Positions 17,736-28,500 of a stretch of 64,000 nucleotides of DNA are shown piece by piece. Positions within the stretch are counted from its first letter, which is position 1; each line of letters starts with the position of its first letter. The notes under the pieces are model-generated. The model was not told where the DNA came from, searched no databases, and saw only the letters and a list, made by a program, of their open reading frames with translations. The DNA comes from Verrucomicrobiia bacterium (lineage in GTDB: Bacteria; Verrucomicrobiota; Verrucomicrobiia; Limisphaerales; JADLHS01). The position numbers and the translations under genes are program-made. The stretch is from NCBI GenBank assembly GCA_011525685.1, contig WYBW01000168.1, forward strand, positions 25,859 through 89,858. The letters run 5' to 3'.

Positions 17736-18749
17736 TTACGATTTGGCCAACCCTGAGGAGCAATTGCGCCCCGCCGTGACATAACCCAGGTAGGTGATGA
17801 GCCGCTCCTTCAGTTCGTTTCTGGGAACGATGGCGTCAATCAAGCCGCGTTCCAGCAGAAACTCCGCCGTCTGGAATCCCGGCGGCAGTTCCGCCTGGGT
17901 CGTGTCCTTGATGACCCGCGGACCGGCGAAGCCGATCATGGCTCCGGGTTCGGCCAGAATCAGGTCACCCAGGGTGGCATAACTGGCCATGACTCCGGCC
18001 GTGGTCGGGTGCGTGAGGATGCTGAAATAAGGCAGTCGTGCCTTGGCGTGGTAAGCGAGGGCGGCGGAGGTTTTGGCCATTTGCATGAGGCTGAACATGC
18101 CCTCGTACATTCGGGCACCGCCGCTCGTGGAAATGATGATGAGAGGGAGGCCTTTCTCCGTCGCCCGCTCGATGAGCCGGGTCAGTTTTTCCCCCACCAC
18201 CGAACCCATCGAGCCACCGAGGAAACCGAAATCCATGACCCCCAGCGCGGCACGGTGTTCCCCGATTCGGCAAATCCCCGTGACCACGGCGTCCTTCAGC
18301 CCGGTGGACCTCTGGTAGGCCTCAAGCTTGGAGGTATAGGTGGCGACGCCCGTAAAGCCCAGCGCGTCCACGCTCGTCATCTGCGCGTCCATTTCCTCGA
18401 ACGTGCAGGTTTCCACGAGCGAGTGGATGCGTTCGCGCGAACCGATGGGGAAGTGATACTGGCACTGGGAACAGACCTTGAGATTCTCGTCGAGTTCCTT
18501 GTCAAACAGCATGGTGCTGCACTTGGGGCATTTGGTCCACAGGCCCTCGGGAATCTCGCGCTTGCGCGGTTTGCCCGCCATTTTGGGCTTCTTGACGAAG
18601 GTCGTCGGGTTGTCCTTGGGCGGAGGGGTGACAGCGGGTTCGCTTGGATCGGGCGGCACCGGCTTTTTCGCAAAGGATACCGGCGGCAACAGCGGCAGCG
18701 GAGTGGGCGGGGACGGGACGGGAGGATTGGGCTGTGGCGAAACGTTCAT
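17736..18749 (-). CDS. accD: Acetyl-CoA carboxylase carboxyltransferase subunit beta, with proline-rich N-terminal extension
   Basis: Start MNVSPQ.. at 18749 is preceded by a perfect GGAGGTGA Shine-Dalgarno; the ORF-track N-terminal 111 codons lack this and overlap comF. Zn-ribbon CPKCS...CSQC, carboxyltransferase core ..GICRIGEHRAALGVMDFGFLGGSMGSVVGEK..IIISTSGGARMYEG.. Confidence 0.85.
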   Translation of the reverse strand: MNVSPQPNPPVPSPPTPLPLLPPVSFAKKPVPPDPSEPAVTPPPKDNPTTFVKKPKMAGKPRKREIPEGLWTKCPKCSTMLFDKELDENLKVCSQCQYHFPIGSRERIHSLVETCTFEEMDAQMTSVDALGFTGVATYTSKLEAYQRSTGLKDAVVTGICRIGEHRAALGVMDFGFLGGSMGSVVGEKLTRLIERATEKGLPLIIISTSGGARMYEGMFSLMQMAKTSAALAYHAKARLPYFSILTHPTTAGVMASYATLGDLILAEPGAMIGFAGPRVIKDTTQAELPPGFQTAEFLLERGLIDAIVPRNELKERLITYLGYVTAGRNCSSGLAKS

Positions 18750-18816
18750 TTCACCTCCAGAGGATTCGTGATCGCTTTCACAGTGCGCAATACAACCAAG
18801 ACATCGCACACAGTAT

Positions 18817-19560
18817 TCAAAGTCCGCGGGCGACTGTCCAGACGCAAACTTCGCCCGCACCCCCGGCCCGGAGCGCCCGTGCGCAGGCGTCCGTCGTGGC
18901 GCCGGTGGTGAAAACATCATCCACGAGGACGACTCGCTCCCCACGGAGCCGATGCCGCGGGTGCAAGGCAAACGCGCCGCGGACGTTGGTGGCGCGCTGC
19001 TGCCGGGTGAGCAGGGTTTGAGTGCGCGTGGGCAGGGTGCGTCGCAGCACCTTCCGCCCCAACGGGATGTTCGTGGCTGCACTGAGTCGGGCGGCCATGC
19101 GCTCGGCCTGATTGAACTCGCGCTCGCGCCGCTTCGCGGGGTGAAGAGGAACGGGCACGATCAGATTCCACTGCCCGCCTTGCAGGGCGGGCACGGCCTC
19201 GCGCAGAAACAGGTCGGCCAGAAATGGCTCGAACCACATGGCCCGCGAGTACTTGTAACGGTGAATGGCCTCCAGCACCACTCCCCCAGCCGTCACCGCG
19301 GACCGGGCGGAACTGAAGTGGAATTCCAACCCGCGGCAGTTCGCGCACTCAAAGGGCGTGGCAATCTCACCCGGATACGGCAGGCCGCAGCGCTCACAGA
19401 ACGGCGGTTTGATGAAACGCACCTTGCTCCAGCAGCGCGGGCACACGAGGCCCTCGCGCGTCGTGGCCCGCTGCTCGCCGCAAAGCTGGCAGACTGGCGG
19501 GTAAATCAGGGCCAGCCCGGCCTCCATCCACACCCGGCATTTCGCGAAGACGTTGTTCAT
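18817..19560 (-). CDS. comF: ComF family protein (ComFC-like phosphoribosyltransferase domain protein)
   Basis: 247 aa; N-terminal Cys pairs CQLCG..CPRCW..CERCG..CANC and C-terminal PRTase motif VVLVDDVFTTGATTDACARAL. Confidence 0.85.
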   Translation of the reverse strand: MNNVFAKCRVWMEAGLALIYPPVCQLCGEQRATTREGLVCPRCWSKVRFIKPPFCERCGLPYPGEIATPFECANCRGLEFHFSSARSAVTAGGVVLEAIHRYKYSRAMWFEPFLADLFLREAVPALQGGQWNLIVPVPLHPAKRREREFNQAERMAARLSAATNIPLGRKVLRRTLPTRTQTLLTRQQRATNVRGAFALHPRHRLRGERVVLVDDVFTTGATTDACARALRAGGAGEVCVWTVARGL

Positions 19561-20465
19561 TGACTACCAGCGCGCATTCCCTCTCTGAGCACGACGCAAG
19601 GCATGAATCGAAACACCATTCCCAGCGCCAACACCAACACCACCAAGGCCAGCCAACCGTCAATCATCCGGCCTGAACCCAGGAGCGCCACGTTGTTGCC
19701 GGGTGCGCTGGTCGTGAATGCGCTGTAGAGCTTTTGGCAGAAAATCCAGCCGCCGTGCAACCCAAGGGAAAAGTAAAGATTTCCGGTTCGCTGATACGCC
19801 AGCCCCAGTAAGACGCCGGCAAAGGTTAGGCTTAGAAACCCGGGGAGAAGCGCCCCGCCGTCGGCGAAAGTCCGCGTCATTTGGAGCAATGACACCAGCC
19901 CGGTGTGCCAGTTGATGGGACCATGAAATTCCGCCTTTCCCAGAAAATGCGCGGCCGCGTAGAGCACGCTGCTGCCCACAAGGGCCAGCGGCCAGCGCAA
20001 CGCGCGGCGCATACCACCAAAGATCGCTCCCCGGAACAAGGTCTCTTCTATCACCGATACCGCCGCCGCCGTGGCCGCAGCGCCCAGCAGCTTTTCCAGG
20101 AGCCGCACCCCCGTCAGACCTTCTCGAAACATCCGACCTCCGGCCAGCAGGGCGATTCCCGCTACGATGGCCAGTGAGACGATGCCCATCAGGAAGCCAG
20201 AGGCTAGCCAGTTCCAGTGAGCAGTGGGTGGCGGCCAGCCAAGGTCTTTCAACGAGCCAACACCCAGTGCCCGGGTCAACGGCCACACCCCTGCCAGGCC
20301 CATTAGCAAAATGGACCGATGCAAAAACCGATGAGGGGGAACGTCGTCCAGTGAAGGGAACATTCCCGTTGCGGCGTGTGCAACCCAATACAGACCCGGG
20401 GCGAGCAACGCGCCACCAATCAACACCACGGCGAAGTAAATAACCAACATTCGCAGGGGATGCAT
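19557..20465 (-). CDS. CPBP family intramembrane glutamic endopeptidase (CAAX protease-like)
   Basis: Motifs SVIEETLFRG and LYAAAHF in a polytopic membrane protein. Stop overlaps the comF start (ATGA). M at 20465 chosen (ORF track begins 20519). Confidence 0.8.
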   Translation of the reverse strand: MHPLRMLVIYFAVVLIGGALLAPGLYWVAHAATGMFPSLDDVPPHRFLHRSILLMGLAGVWPLTRALGVGSLKDLGWPPPTAHWNWLASGFLMGIVSLAIVAGIALLAGGRMFREGLTGVRLLEKLLGAAATAAAVSVIEETLFRGAIFGGMRRALRWPLALVGSSVLYAAAHFLGKAEFHGPINWHTGLVSLLQMTRTFADGGALLPGFLSLTFAGVLLGLAYQRTGNLYFSLGLHGGWIFCQKLYSAFTTSAPGNNVALLGSGRMIDGWLALVVLVLALGMVFRFMPCVVLREGMRAGSQ

Positions 20466-20697
20466 GGCCCGGAGAATAGGCAAGACTCCGAAAGATGACA
20501 AGCCACGCAAGCCGCGCAATCCCGGGCACCAGGTCGCCGCAACTCAGAATGAAGCCGAGCGAAGCTTTCATGACTATCAGCCACCGAGGGCTGTTTCCCG
20601 CAGGCCGTTGACATCGCATTTCCACGCTGTTCGCGGGATCGCGCCCGGCGCATAAATCCAAGTGGCGGCCTGGTGCAAGCCGTGATAGAAAGACGGT

Positions 20698-21549
20698 GTG
20701 CTTGGCTTGCTCAGGAAATCGCGCCCGACTCCGTCCCAATCCGGACGGTTCGGGCGTTTTGTCTTGCAGGAATTGATCAACAGCGGTGGCATGGCCGACA
20801 TCTGGCTGGCCACGGATGCCCGCGGCAAGACCCATGCATTGCGCCGACTGCATGATCATCTCCGGTTCGACTTCACCGCCAAACGCCGGTTTGTCCACGG
20901 TTGCGAAGTCCTGGAAAAAGTGCAGGACCATGATTGCATCATCGGTTATGAGGAACACGGCAAGATTGAGGGCCAGTGGTACTTGCTCATGGAGTATGTC
21001 GAGGCGGCCAACCTCAAGGAACTTTACGCGCGGCACGACCCGGTGCTGCTGGACAACGTCGCCCAGATCCTCATAGACATGGCCGTGGGACTGGAACACA
21101 TCCACGAGAGCGGGTTCATGCACCTGGATTTCAAGCCCGAAAACGTGCTCGTCACCCGTAACGGCAGCGTGCGGTTGGTGGATTTTGATCTCGCCCAGGA
21201 GATTCAGGAGAAACCGATCAAAATCAAGAAGAACCCCGGCACACCGGCCTACATGGCGCCGGAGCAACTCTCCGGACAGGCGATTGACCAGCGGGTGGAT
21301 GTGTTCGCCTTCGGAGTGTCCGCTTACGAATTGCTCACGAATCAAAAGCCGTTTCCTGGCGAAAGCTCGGCCGAAATTCTGTCCCGGCAGATGGACCGCT
21401 CCGGGTTTGTGACGCCGCGCCAGGCCAATCCGGACCTGCCGCCAAGCTTGGAGCGAATTGTCCTCAAGTGTCTCGAGTGCAATCCGGATCGGCGCTATCC
21501 GTTCCTCAGCGTTCTGGTGCATGACTTGAAAGCCGCGCTTTACGTCTGA
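20698..21549 (+). CDS. Serine/threonine protein kinase (kinase domain only, 283 aa)
   Basis: Hanks-type motifs: glycine-loop-like LINSGGMADIWLA, catalytic HLDFKPENVLV, DFDLA (DFG equivalent), GTPAYMAPE. Confidence 0.8.
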   Translation: MLGLLRKSRPTPSQSGRFGRFVLQELINSGGMADIWLATDARGKTHALRRLHDHLRFDFTAKRRFVHGCEVLEKVQDHDCIIGYEEHGKIEGQWYLLMEYVEAANLKELYARHDPVLLDNVAQILIDMAVGLEHIHESGFMHLDFKPENVLVTRNGSVRLVDFDLAQEIQEKPIKIKKNPGTPAYMAPEQLSGQAIDQRVDVFAFGVSAYELLTNQKPFPGESSAEILSRQMDRSGFVTPRQANPDLPPSLERIVLKCLECNPDRRYPFLSVLVHDLKAALYV

Positions 21550-21590
21550 GGCCAAGTTGGATTTTGCCCCTTCGGACCAAGCCCGGTAAG

Positions 21591-22808
21591 ATGGACGCCA
21601 TGACGGTCCTCCACTATCTGCGCCTCGCTCTGAGGCTCGCCCGACGGGGTTATGGCTCGACTTCACCAAACCCGATGGTGGGTGCGGTACTGGTCAAGGG
21701 AGGCACAGTACTTGGGCACGGCTGGCATCGTCGCGCCGGCCAGGCCCACGCTGAAATTGAAGCCCTGCGCGACGCGGAAAAGCGTGGTCATTCATCGCGC
21801 GGCGCGACCCTGTTCGTTACTTTGGAGCCGTGCTCCACCCAGGGTCGGACTCCGCCCTGCACCGAGGCAATCATCGCCGCGGGAACAAGGCGCGTCGTCA
21901 TTGGGACGCTGGATCCGAATCCGAATCACCGCGGCCGGGCGGTGCGAATTCTCAAGCGTGCCGGAATCGCGGTGGATTTGCTTGAGACAATTCAAGCTGC
22001 TGACAGAAAGACGGATGTTGCCGTGCGGCGACTGATAAGGGAGTTGAAGTCATTGAACGAGGCTTTCAACCATTGGATTGTTCACCGCACCCCACTGGTC
22101 ACGGTCAAGGCAGCCATGACTTTGGACGGCAAAATTGCCACGCCGGCCGGTGAGTCGAAATGGATCACCGGCGATGAGGCCCGGGCCTACGCGATGAAAC
22201 TACGGCGGGGCAGCGATGCGATTTTGGTCGGGATCAACACGGTGCTGGCGGACGACCCGAGCCTGACTTTTAGATCAAGCTGCGCACGCAGCCAGACCCA
22301 ACAGCACGGCTTGCGGCGCATCATCCTTGATTCGATGGCCCGGACCCCGCCAACCGCCAAAGTTGTGAACGACTCATACGCCGGATTGACAACGGTTGTC
22401 GTGAGCCGGCGCGCGCCGGCACGTCGGTTGGCGGTGCTGGCAAAGCGGGTCAATGTGATCGTCGCGCCCCTGGCAAAGACCAAGACACGAACCGCCAAGC
22501 CCGGGATAGACCTGAGTTGGCTGCTGAGACGGTTGGGAAGCGAAGAGGTGACCAACCTGCTGGTTGAGGGCGGGGAAGAGGTGAACGCTTCATTCCTGCT
22601 TGGCGGCCTCGCTCATCGAGTGGCGTTCTTCTACGCGCCCAAAATCTTGGGCGGTCGCCAGTCACTAAAGGCCGTGGGCGGCGCCGGTGTTGACCGGGCC
22701 GCCCATGTTCTGAAACTTAAGGATTTGCTCTGGCGTCGTCTCGGTGGCGACCAGTTCGTGCTGGCTCGCGTCAACGCGGCGCCAACGGCCACCAAGCACA
22801 CGGGCTAG
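21591..22808 (+). CDS. ribD: Bifunctional riboflavin biosynthesis protein RibD (pyrimidine deaminase / reductase)
   Basis: [35 protein letters not shown]...HAEIEAL...[14 protein letters not shown] (CDA zinc motif), C-terminal RibD reductase domain (..[11 protein letters not shown]..). Confidence 0.9.
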   Translation: MDAMTVLHYLRLALRLARRGYGSTSPNPMVGAVLVKGGTVLGHGWHRRAGQAHAEIEALRDAEKRGHSSRGATLFVTLEPCSTQGRTPPCTEAIIAAGTRRVVIGTLDPNPNHRGRAVRILKRAGIAVDLLETIQAADRKTDVAVRRLIRELKSLNEAFNHWIVHRTPLVTVKAAMTLDGKIATPAGESKWITGDEARAYAMKLRRGSDAILVGINTVLADDPSLTFRSSCARSQTQQHGLRRIILDSMARTPPTAKVVNDSYAGLTTVVVSRRAPARRLAVLAKRVNVIVAPLAKTKTRTAKPGIDLSWLLRRLGSEEVTNLLVEGGEEVNASFLLGGLAHRVAFFYAPKILGGRQSLKAVGGAGVDRAAHVLKLKDLLWRRLGGDQFVLARVNAAPTATKHTG

Positions 22809-23740
22809 TTCACGACCGTGCGGGACGACAGCCGCGGGCTGACATAAGAATACCAATAAACATCCGGATCATTGGCCGCAGTCCCAAAGTTATTCTGCGC
22901 ATTGAAATTGACGCCTTTCAGACCACCCGACAAGCGGGCTCGAGTCATGGTAGAGCCGCGCCATTTATGGATTTCCGAGTGGCCATCGGCGAAGGCGAAG
23001 CCCGCAGCACCGTTGTGGTAAGTGGCCGGCGCATCTGGGATGTTCGTGGCAGAATTAGGCGGAAAAGCACCCGCGTCATTGATGCTGTCCGGATGCTCAT
23101 CCATGTAAACCCACGTTTGAGCCGGGCCAGGGATGGTCAGTTCGCTTGACTTGGCGGCACCTTTGTAGATGGAGAGGTTGTTTGGACCGCCCGCTGTATA
23201 ACCAGGACCATTGGCCCAACCGTTGCCTTTTCCAATGTAGATGTTCCCGGAAACGCTGCGAACGCGTGAACTCCAACCGCGTTGCCTTTGCGGCAGGCTG
23301 GCGTAGTTGTCTGCCGGACACAGATACACGTTCTTTTGCTTTCCAAAGTAGCTCGCCAGAATCGCATACTGAGGATTAATCAGGTAAACCAAATTGGTGT
23401 TGTCTGTGCTGACCGACCAATCCAACCAGCCCGTGACCCACGGCCGGTTGGGATCGTTCGCCCCGGGAGTGTAGCCGCCGTGAAACGCCATGGGGAAGAG
23501 ATCGTTATTGTCGCCTTGGTAAAGGTGGTTGGCCAACATCAACTGTTTGGTGTTGTTCATGCAACTGATGCCCTGCGACTTGGTTTTCGCCTTGGCGAGC
23601 GCGGGGAAGAGCATCGCCGCCAGGATGGCGATGATCGCAATCACCACAAGCAGTTCAATGAGGGTGAAGCCACGGCGGTCTTGGCGGTGGGAGGTCCGGA
23701 TCGTCAGAGGGCCGTGCTGGGAGCAGGTGCTGGTCTTCAT
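22805..23740 (-). CDS. DUF1559 / H-X9-DG protein with prepilin-type N-terminal cleavage/methylation domain
   Basis: N-terminus [31 protein letters not shown] (type IV pilin-like leader plus TM), C-terminal [13 protein letters not shown] matches H-X9-DG. Typical of Planctomycetes/Verrucomicrobia. Start M at 23740 (ORF track 23764). Confidence 0.85.
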   Translation of the reverse strand: MKTSTCSQHGPLTIRTSHRQDRRGFTLIELLVVIAIIAILAAMLFPALAKAKTKSQGISCMNNTKQLMLANHLYQGDNNDLFPMAFHGGYTPGANDPNRPWVTGWLDWSVSTDNTNLVYLINPQYAILASYFGKQKNVYLCPADNYASLPQRQRGWSSRVRSVSGNIYIGKGNGWANGPGYTAGGPNNLSIYKGAAKSSELTIPGPAQTWVYMDEHPDSINDAGAFPPNSATNIPDAPATYHNGAAGFAFADGHSEIHKWRGSTMTRARLSGGLKGVNFNAQNNFGTAANDPDVYWYSYVSPRLSSRTVVN

Positions 23741-24036
23741 ATTTTTGCAGTGCCGTTCAACCAATTTGCGGTGCGTATTGGGCTCAGGTTACTGACGCCG
23801 GCGGCTTACTGCCAGCGGCGAGATTCACCTGCCATTTCCTACACCAAGACGCCGTAACTTGGTTGTCGTCAATTTATACGACATGCCAAGCCTGGGGCAA
23901 GCAAAACGTTTCAGCAAAACGTTTCACCTGAATCCGTGGGTGGCTTGAAAGCAGCGGTTCTTCGTGGGCCGTCCCGGTCAAAACCGGGTTGCTGTCGGTC
24001 ACGCCGGGTTGGACGGCTTCAGCCGCACTCGTTGCG

Positions 24037-25446
24037 CTAAAACGCATGAACTGTCTCCGATCCCACACCGGCCTGAACCGCCGCGGCGGCCTCCTCGGTC
24101 GCTTCAGCCAGTACGGACAAGCCTTCCTCAATGGCTTCACGCGAAATGGTCAGGGGCGGCGCGATCTTTACCGTCTGTCCCCACGCCCCGACCGGACAGA
24201 ACATTAGCAGGCCCTTGTGGAAACATCGCTCCACGATGTTGTGTGCCAGGTCATGCCACGGCTTGCGCCTTCCGGGTTCAACGATTTGCATCCCCGCCAC
24301 CAGCCCGCGCGCCGTGACGTGGCCGACAATTCCCGGGTGCCGGCCCTGGAGACGCTCCAGCCCCGCCAGCAACACCGGTCCAAGCTGGGCCGCGTTGTCC
24401 GCGAGCCGTTCGCGGACGATCTTTCGCAGATTGGCCAGCGCGGCGGCGCAGCAAACCGGATTGCCGGTGTGCGTGCTGGTCATCGAACCGGGCGGGAACT
24501 GATCCATGATCTCGGCCCGGCCAATCACCGCCGAGAGCGGCAGTGAACTGGTGATTCCTTTTCCGCAACAGATCAAGTCCGGCGTCACCCCGTAATGCTC
24601 GAACGCCCAGAATTTGCCGGTGCGGCCGAATCCCGCCTGCACTTCGTCGAAAATCAAGACCACGTCGTGTTGCCGGCACCACGACGCGAGTTGTTGCACA
24701 TACTCCAGCGGGGCGAAGTCCGGTCCCACGCCCTGATACGTTTCCATCATCACCCCGGCGATGTTCTCGGGCCGCAGCCCGTGCTTTTCGATCGCCGCCA
24801 GGAACGTGTCGAAGCTCGTGTCGGTCTGCCAGTAGCCGTCTGGGAACGGAGCGTTGAGAATGGCCGGGTCCTCGTTCACGATCCACGCCTTCTGTCCGGC
24901 GATGCCGCCGGCCTGTTGGGAGCCGAGCGTGCGCCCATGAAAACCGCGCTCGAAGCCCACGATCCCGATCTTCGATCTGCCGCCGACCTTGATGCCGTGG
25001 GAGCGGGCGAGCTTGATCGCGCACTCGGTTGCCTCCGAGCCGGTGGTGAGCAGAAAAACCTTCTGGAGCGGCGGCGGCGCGAGACTCGCGAGCATCTCGA
25101 CCAGCTGGGCGCGCTCCTCGCCCGGGAAGACGTAATGGTGCAGCAGGCCACTGTTGACCTGGTCAATGATCGCCTGGCGGATTTCCGGCGCGCCGTGGCC
25201 CGCGTTGGCCACGAGCACGCCGCTCGACCAGTCCAGCCAGCGATTGCCGTACTTGTCGAAAACGAAGATGTCCTCGGCCCGCTCCCAGACCAGCGGCGGT
25301 TGGCCGCGCATGGATTGCGGCTCGAACCGGCGCAACCGCTCCAGCGTCGGCAGGGAATCGGGATGCGGCAGCGGCGTGACGATGCGGCGAAACCGCGTTT
25401 CGACCCGCGGAACTTCGCGCGGCGTGATGCTGAATTCCTGGCCCAT
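24037..25446 (-). CDS. Class-III PLP-dependent aminotransferase (4-aminobutyrate/ornithine aminotransferase family)
   Basis: 469 aa; ..ANAGHGAPEI.., ..LLTTGSEATECAIKLAR.., VVLIFDEVQAGFGRTGKFWAFEHYGVTPDLICCGKGI (PLP-lysine region). Confidence 0.85.
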   Translation of the reverse strand: MGQEFSITPREVPRVETRFRRIVTPLPHPDSLPTLERLRRFEPQSMRGQPPLVWERAEDIFVFDKYGNRWLDWSSGVLVANAGHGAPEIRQAIIDQVNSGLLHHYVFPGEERAQLVEMLASLAPPPLQKVFLLTTGSEATECAIKLARSHGIKVGGRSKIGIVGFERGFHGRTLGSQQAGGIAGQKAWIVNEDPAILNAPFPDGYWQTDTSFDTFLAAIEKHGLRPENIAGVMMETYQGVGPDFAPLEYVQQLASWCRQHDVVLIFDEVQAGFGRTGKFWAFEHYGVTPDLICCGKGITSSLPLSAVIGRAEIMDQFPPGSMTSTHTGNPVCCAAALANLRKIVRERLADNAAQLGPVLLAGLERLQGRHPGIVGHVTARGLVAGMQIVEPGRRKPWHDLAHNIVERCFHKGLLMFCPVGAWGQTVKIAPPLTISREAIEEGLSVLAEATEEAAAAVQAGVGSETVHAF

Positions 25447-25567
25447 AATCTGGCAAAACCGGCGGCTAGTTCACACTAATGGCCACCGGAAGGCTAAACA
25501 AAAAATTGGCCAACGCCGGACTTCTGCGGTTAAATGACCAAGTCATCCATCGCGGCAAAGTCTGCGT

Positions 25568-28500
25568 ATGCGCGCTCTCACGAAGCTCCCTTGCTTCGCG
25601 GTCAACCTGGCCGCGGCTGCCGCGGTGTTGCTTGCGGCCGCTCCGGCCCGAGGCGACGGACAGGAGTTTTTCAATAAGAAGGTCCAGCCCATCCTGGTTC
25701 AGCATTGTTATTCCTGCCACAGCCATGACGCGGAGCGGATTCGGGGCGGCCTCGTGCTCGATTCGCGCGCCGGCCTGCTGAAAGGTGGGGACAGCGGCCC
25801 GGCCATCGTTCCGGGTGATCCGGATCGCAGCCTCCTCGTCCAAGCCGTGCGCTACACGGACGAGGAATTGCGAATGCCGCCCAAGAACCAGAAGCTGGCC
25901 GACGCCCAGATCGCAGACCTCGAAGCCTGGGTCAGAATGGGCGCTCCGGATCCAAGGCAGGAACGGTCGCCGGCGGTGGACTCCGAATCTGGACGGCGAC
26001 ACTGGGCTTTTCAACCTGTGCGGCCACCCACCGTTCCAACCGTGAAAAACAGCGCCTGGGTGAAGACGCCGATAGACGCCTTCATCCTGGCCAAGCTCGA
26101 GGCAAACAAACTGAAGCCCGCCCCCGTCGCCGACAGGCGAACTCTTCTGCGCCGCGCCACCTATGATCTCACCGGCTTGCCGCCCACGTTTGCCGAGGTG
26201 GAGGCGTTTGCGCGGGACAAGTCCCCGGACGCGTTCACAAAAGTCGTCGAACGGCTGCTGGCTTCACCCCAGTACGGCGAGCGCTGGGGACGATACTGGC
26301 TGGATGTCGCCCGTTACGCCGACACCAAAGGCTATGTCTATGGCGACCGCGAGGAGAAGCGGTTCATTCACTCGTATGCCTACCGCGACTGGGTCGTGCG
26401 GGCGTTCAACGACGACATGCCTTATGACCGGTTCCTGAAATTGCAGATCGCCGCCGACCAGATGGCCGACGCGGACCGGGACGCGCTCGCGGCGATGGGA
26501 TTCCTGACGTTGGGCCGGCGTTTTCTCGGCGTGGTCCATGACATCATTGATGACCGCATTGATGTGCTCACCCGCGGCACGCTGGGTTTGACGGTGAGTT
26601 GCGCGCGTTGTCATGACCACAAGTTTGATCCCATCCCGATCCAGGATTACTATTCGCTCTACGGCGTTTTCGCGGCCACTTCGGAACGGGCCGTGCCGTT
26701 AAGCGCGCGGGCGCAGAGCGCCGGTGAGTTCCTGAAGTTTGAGAAGGAACTCCAACGCCGTGAAGCGGCCTTCCGCGCGGCGTTCAACGAAAAGCGGGCG
26801 GAACAATCGCGCCGCATCCGAGCCCGGGTGTCGGATTATCTGGTCCAGGTGCTCGAGGTTCACAAGCTGCACACGGAGGAGTTTTACGCCTTCGTTTCCG
26901 CGGATGAAATCAATCCGGTGGTGGTGCGCCGGTGGCACGCTTATCTGCTCGAGACCGCCAAGCAGTTCCACCCCATCTGGTCGCCGTGGCATGAGTTCGC
27001 CCGGATTCCGGCGAATGAGTTCTCCGCGAGGTCGTCGTCAGTGATTGCTTCGTTTGGCGATGATTCGCAAAAGCTGAACCCTCTCGTGGCTGCGGCCTTT
27101 CGCGAACGTCCGCCTGCTTCCCTGCGCGATGTTGCGGACGTCTATGGAAAGCTGCTGAAGGCCGTGGACGAAAAGTGGAACGCGGCTGCGGACAAGCCAT
27201 CCGCCTTGAGCCAGGACGAGGAGGCGCTGCGGCAAGTTCTTTACGCCGAAGACTCGCCCTCGGTCGTTCCGGCGGGGGCGATCGTGGATTTGGAATGGTA
27301 CTTCGACGAGGCCACCCGCGTCCGGCTGGGCAAGCTCGCCAGTGAAATTGACCAATGGATTGTGCAGTCACCCGGTGCGCCGCCTTACGCCGTCATTTTG
27401 GAGGACCGGCCCGCGCCGGCCAACCCGCGCGTGTTCAAGCGCGGCAATCCGGCCAGCGTCGGCGAGGAAGTTCCGCGCCGATTCCTTGACCTTCTTGCCG
27501 GACCGGATCGTCGGCCGTTCTCCAAGGGGAGCGGGCGGCTGGAACTGGCCGAGGCAATTGCCAGCCCGGACAACCCGCTCACGGCTCGGGTGCTGGTGAA
27601 CCGAGTCTGGCAGCATCATTTCGGCGCCGGTCTGGTTCGAACACCGAGCGATTTCGGAACGCGCTGCGAACCGCCTTCGCATCCCGAGTTGCTCGATTGG
27701 CTCGCTCACAACTTTGTGGAACAGGGTTGGTCGGTGAAGCAACTGCACCGCCTCGTCATGCTCTCGGCAGTGTATCAGCAAGCCAGCGAGCCGGAACGCC
27801 CCGGCGAGCGACAGGCGGTGCGGACGGTGGCCTTGACGCCCCGCGACTCCAATCCAGACCAGGCGGCCGAGGCGGATCCGGAAAACCGACTGCTTTCGCG
27901 CTTCAACCGGCAGCGGCTGGATTTTGAGTCCTTGCGTGATTCGCTGCTGTTCGTCTCGGGCGAACTGGACCTGCAAATGGGCGGGCGCGCCGCTGAAATG
28001 TTCACACCGCCCTTCAGCACACGCCGCGCGATTTACGGTTACCTGGATCGCCAGTTTCTGCCGGGCACCCTGCGAGTGTTCGATTTTGCCAACCCGGACT
28101 TGCACACGCCCCAGCGGTCGGAAACCACCGTCCCCCAACAGGCGCTGTTTTTCTTGAACGGGCCTTTCGTCATTGGACGGGCCAAAGCTCTGGCCGCGCA
28201 ACCGTCCATCGCGGCGGCGGATTCACCCGACCGGAAGATCACGGAGCTTTACCGCCGCGTTTTCCAACGCGATCCAACCCGCTCGCAACTGCGCGTCGGC
28301 AGGCAATTCATTCAGGCGGCGCAAGCCCCGGTGGTCGAGGAGTCGCCGATTCAGAATCCGGGAGCTGCGGACTGGCACTACGGCTACGGAGAATTCGACA
28401 AGGCCGCGAGTGCGCTCAAGCATTTTGAGACGCTGCCTCACTTCACCGGCGAAGCTTGGCAGGGAAGCGACGCCTGGCCCGACAAGAAACTGGGCTGGTT

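Noticed and set aside
18750-19082. N-terminal 111 codons of ORF 17736..19082 (would make AccD 448 aa)
   Set aside because: Overlaps comF in another frame and lacks an RBS, whereas the internal ATG at 18749 has a perfect GGAGGTGA SD and gives a normal AccD plus linker.
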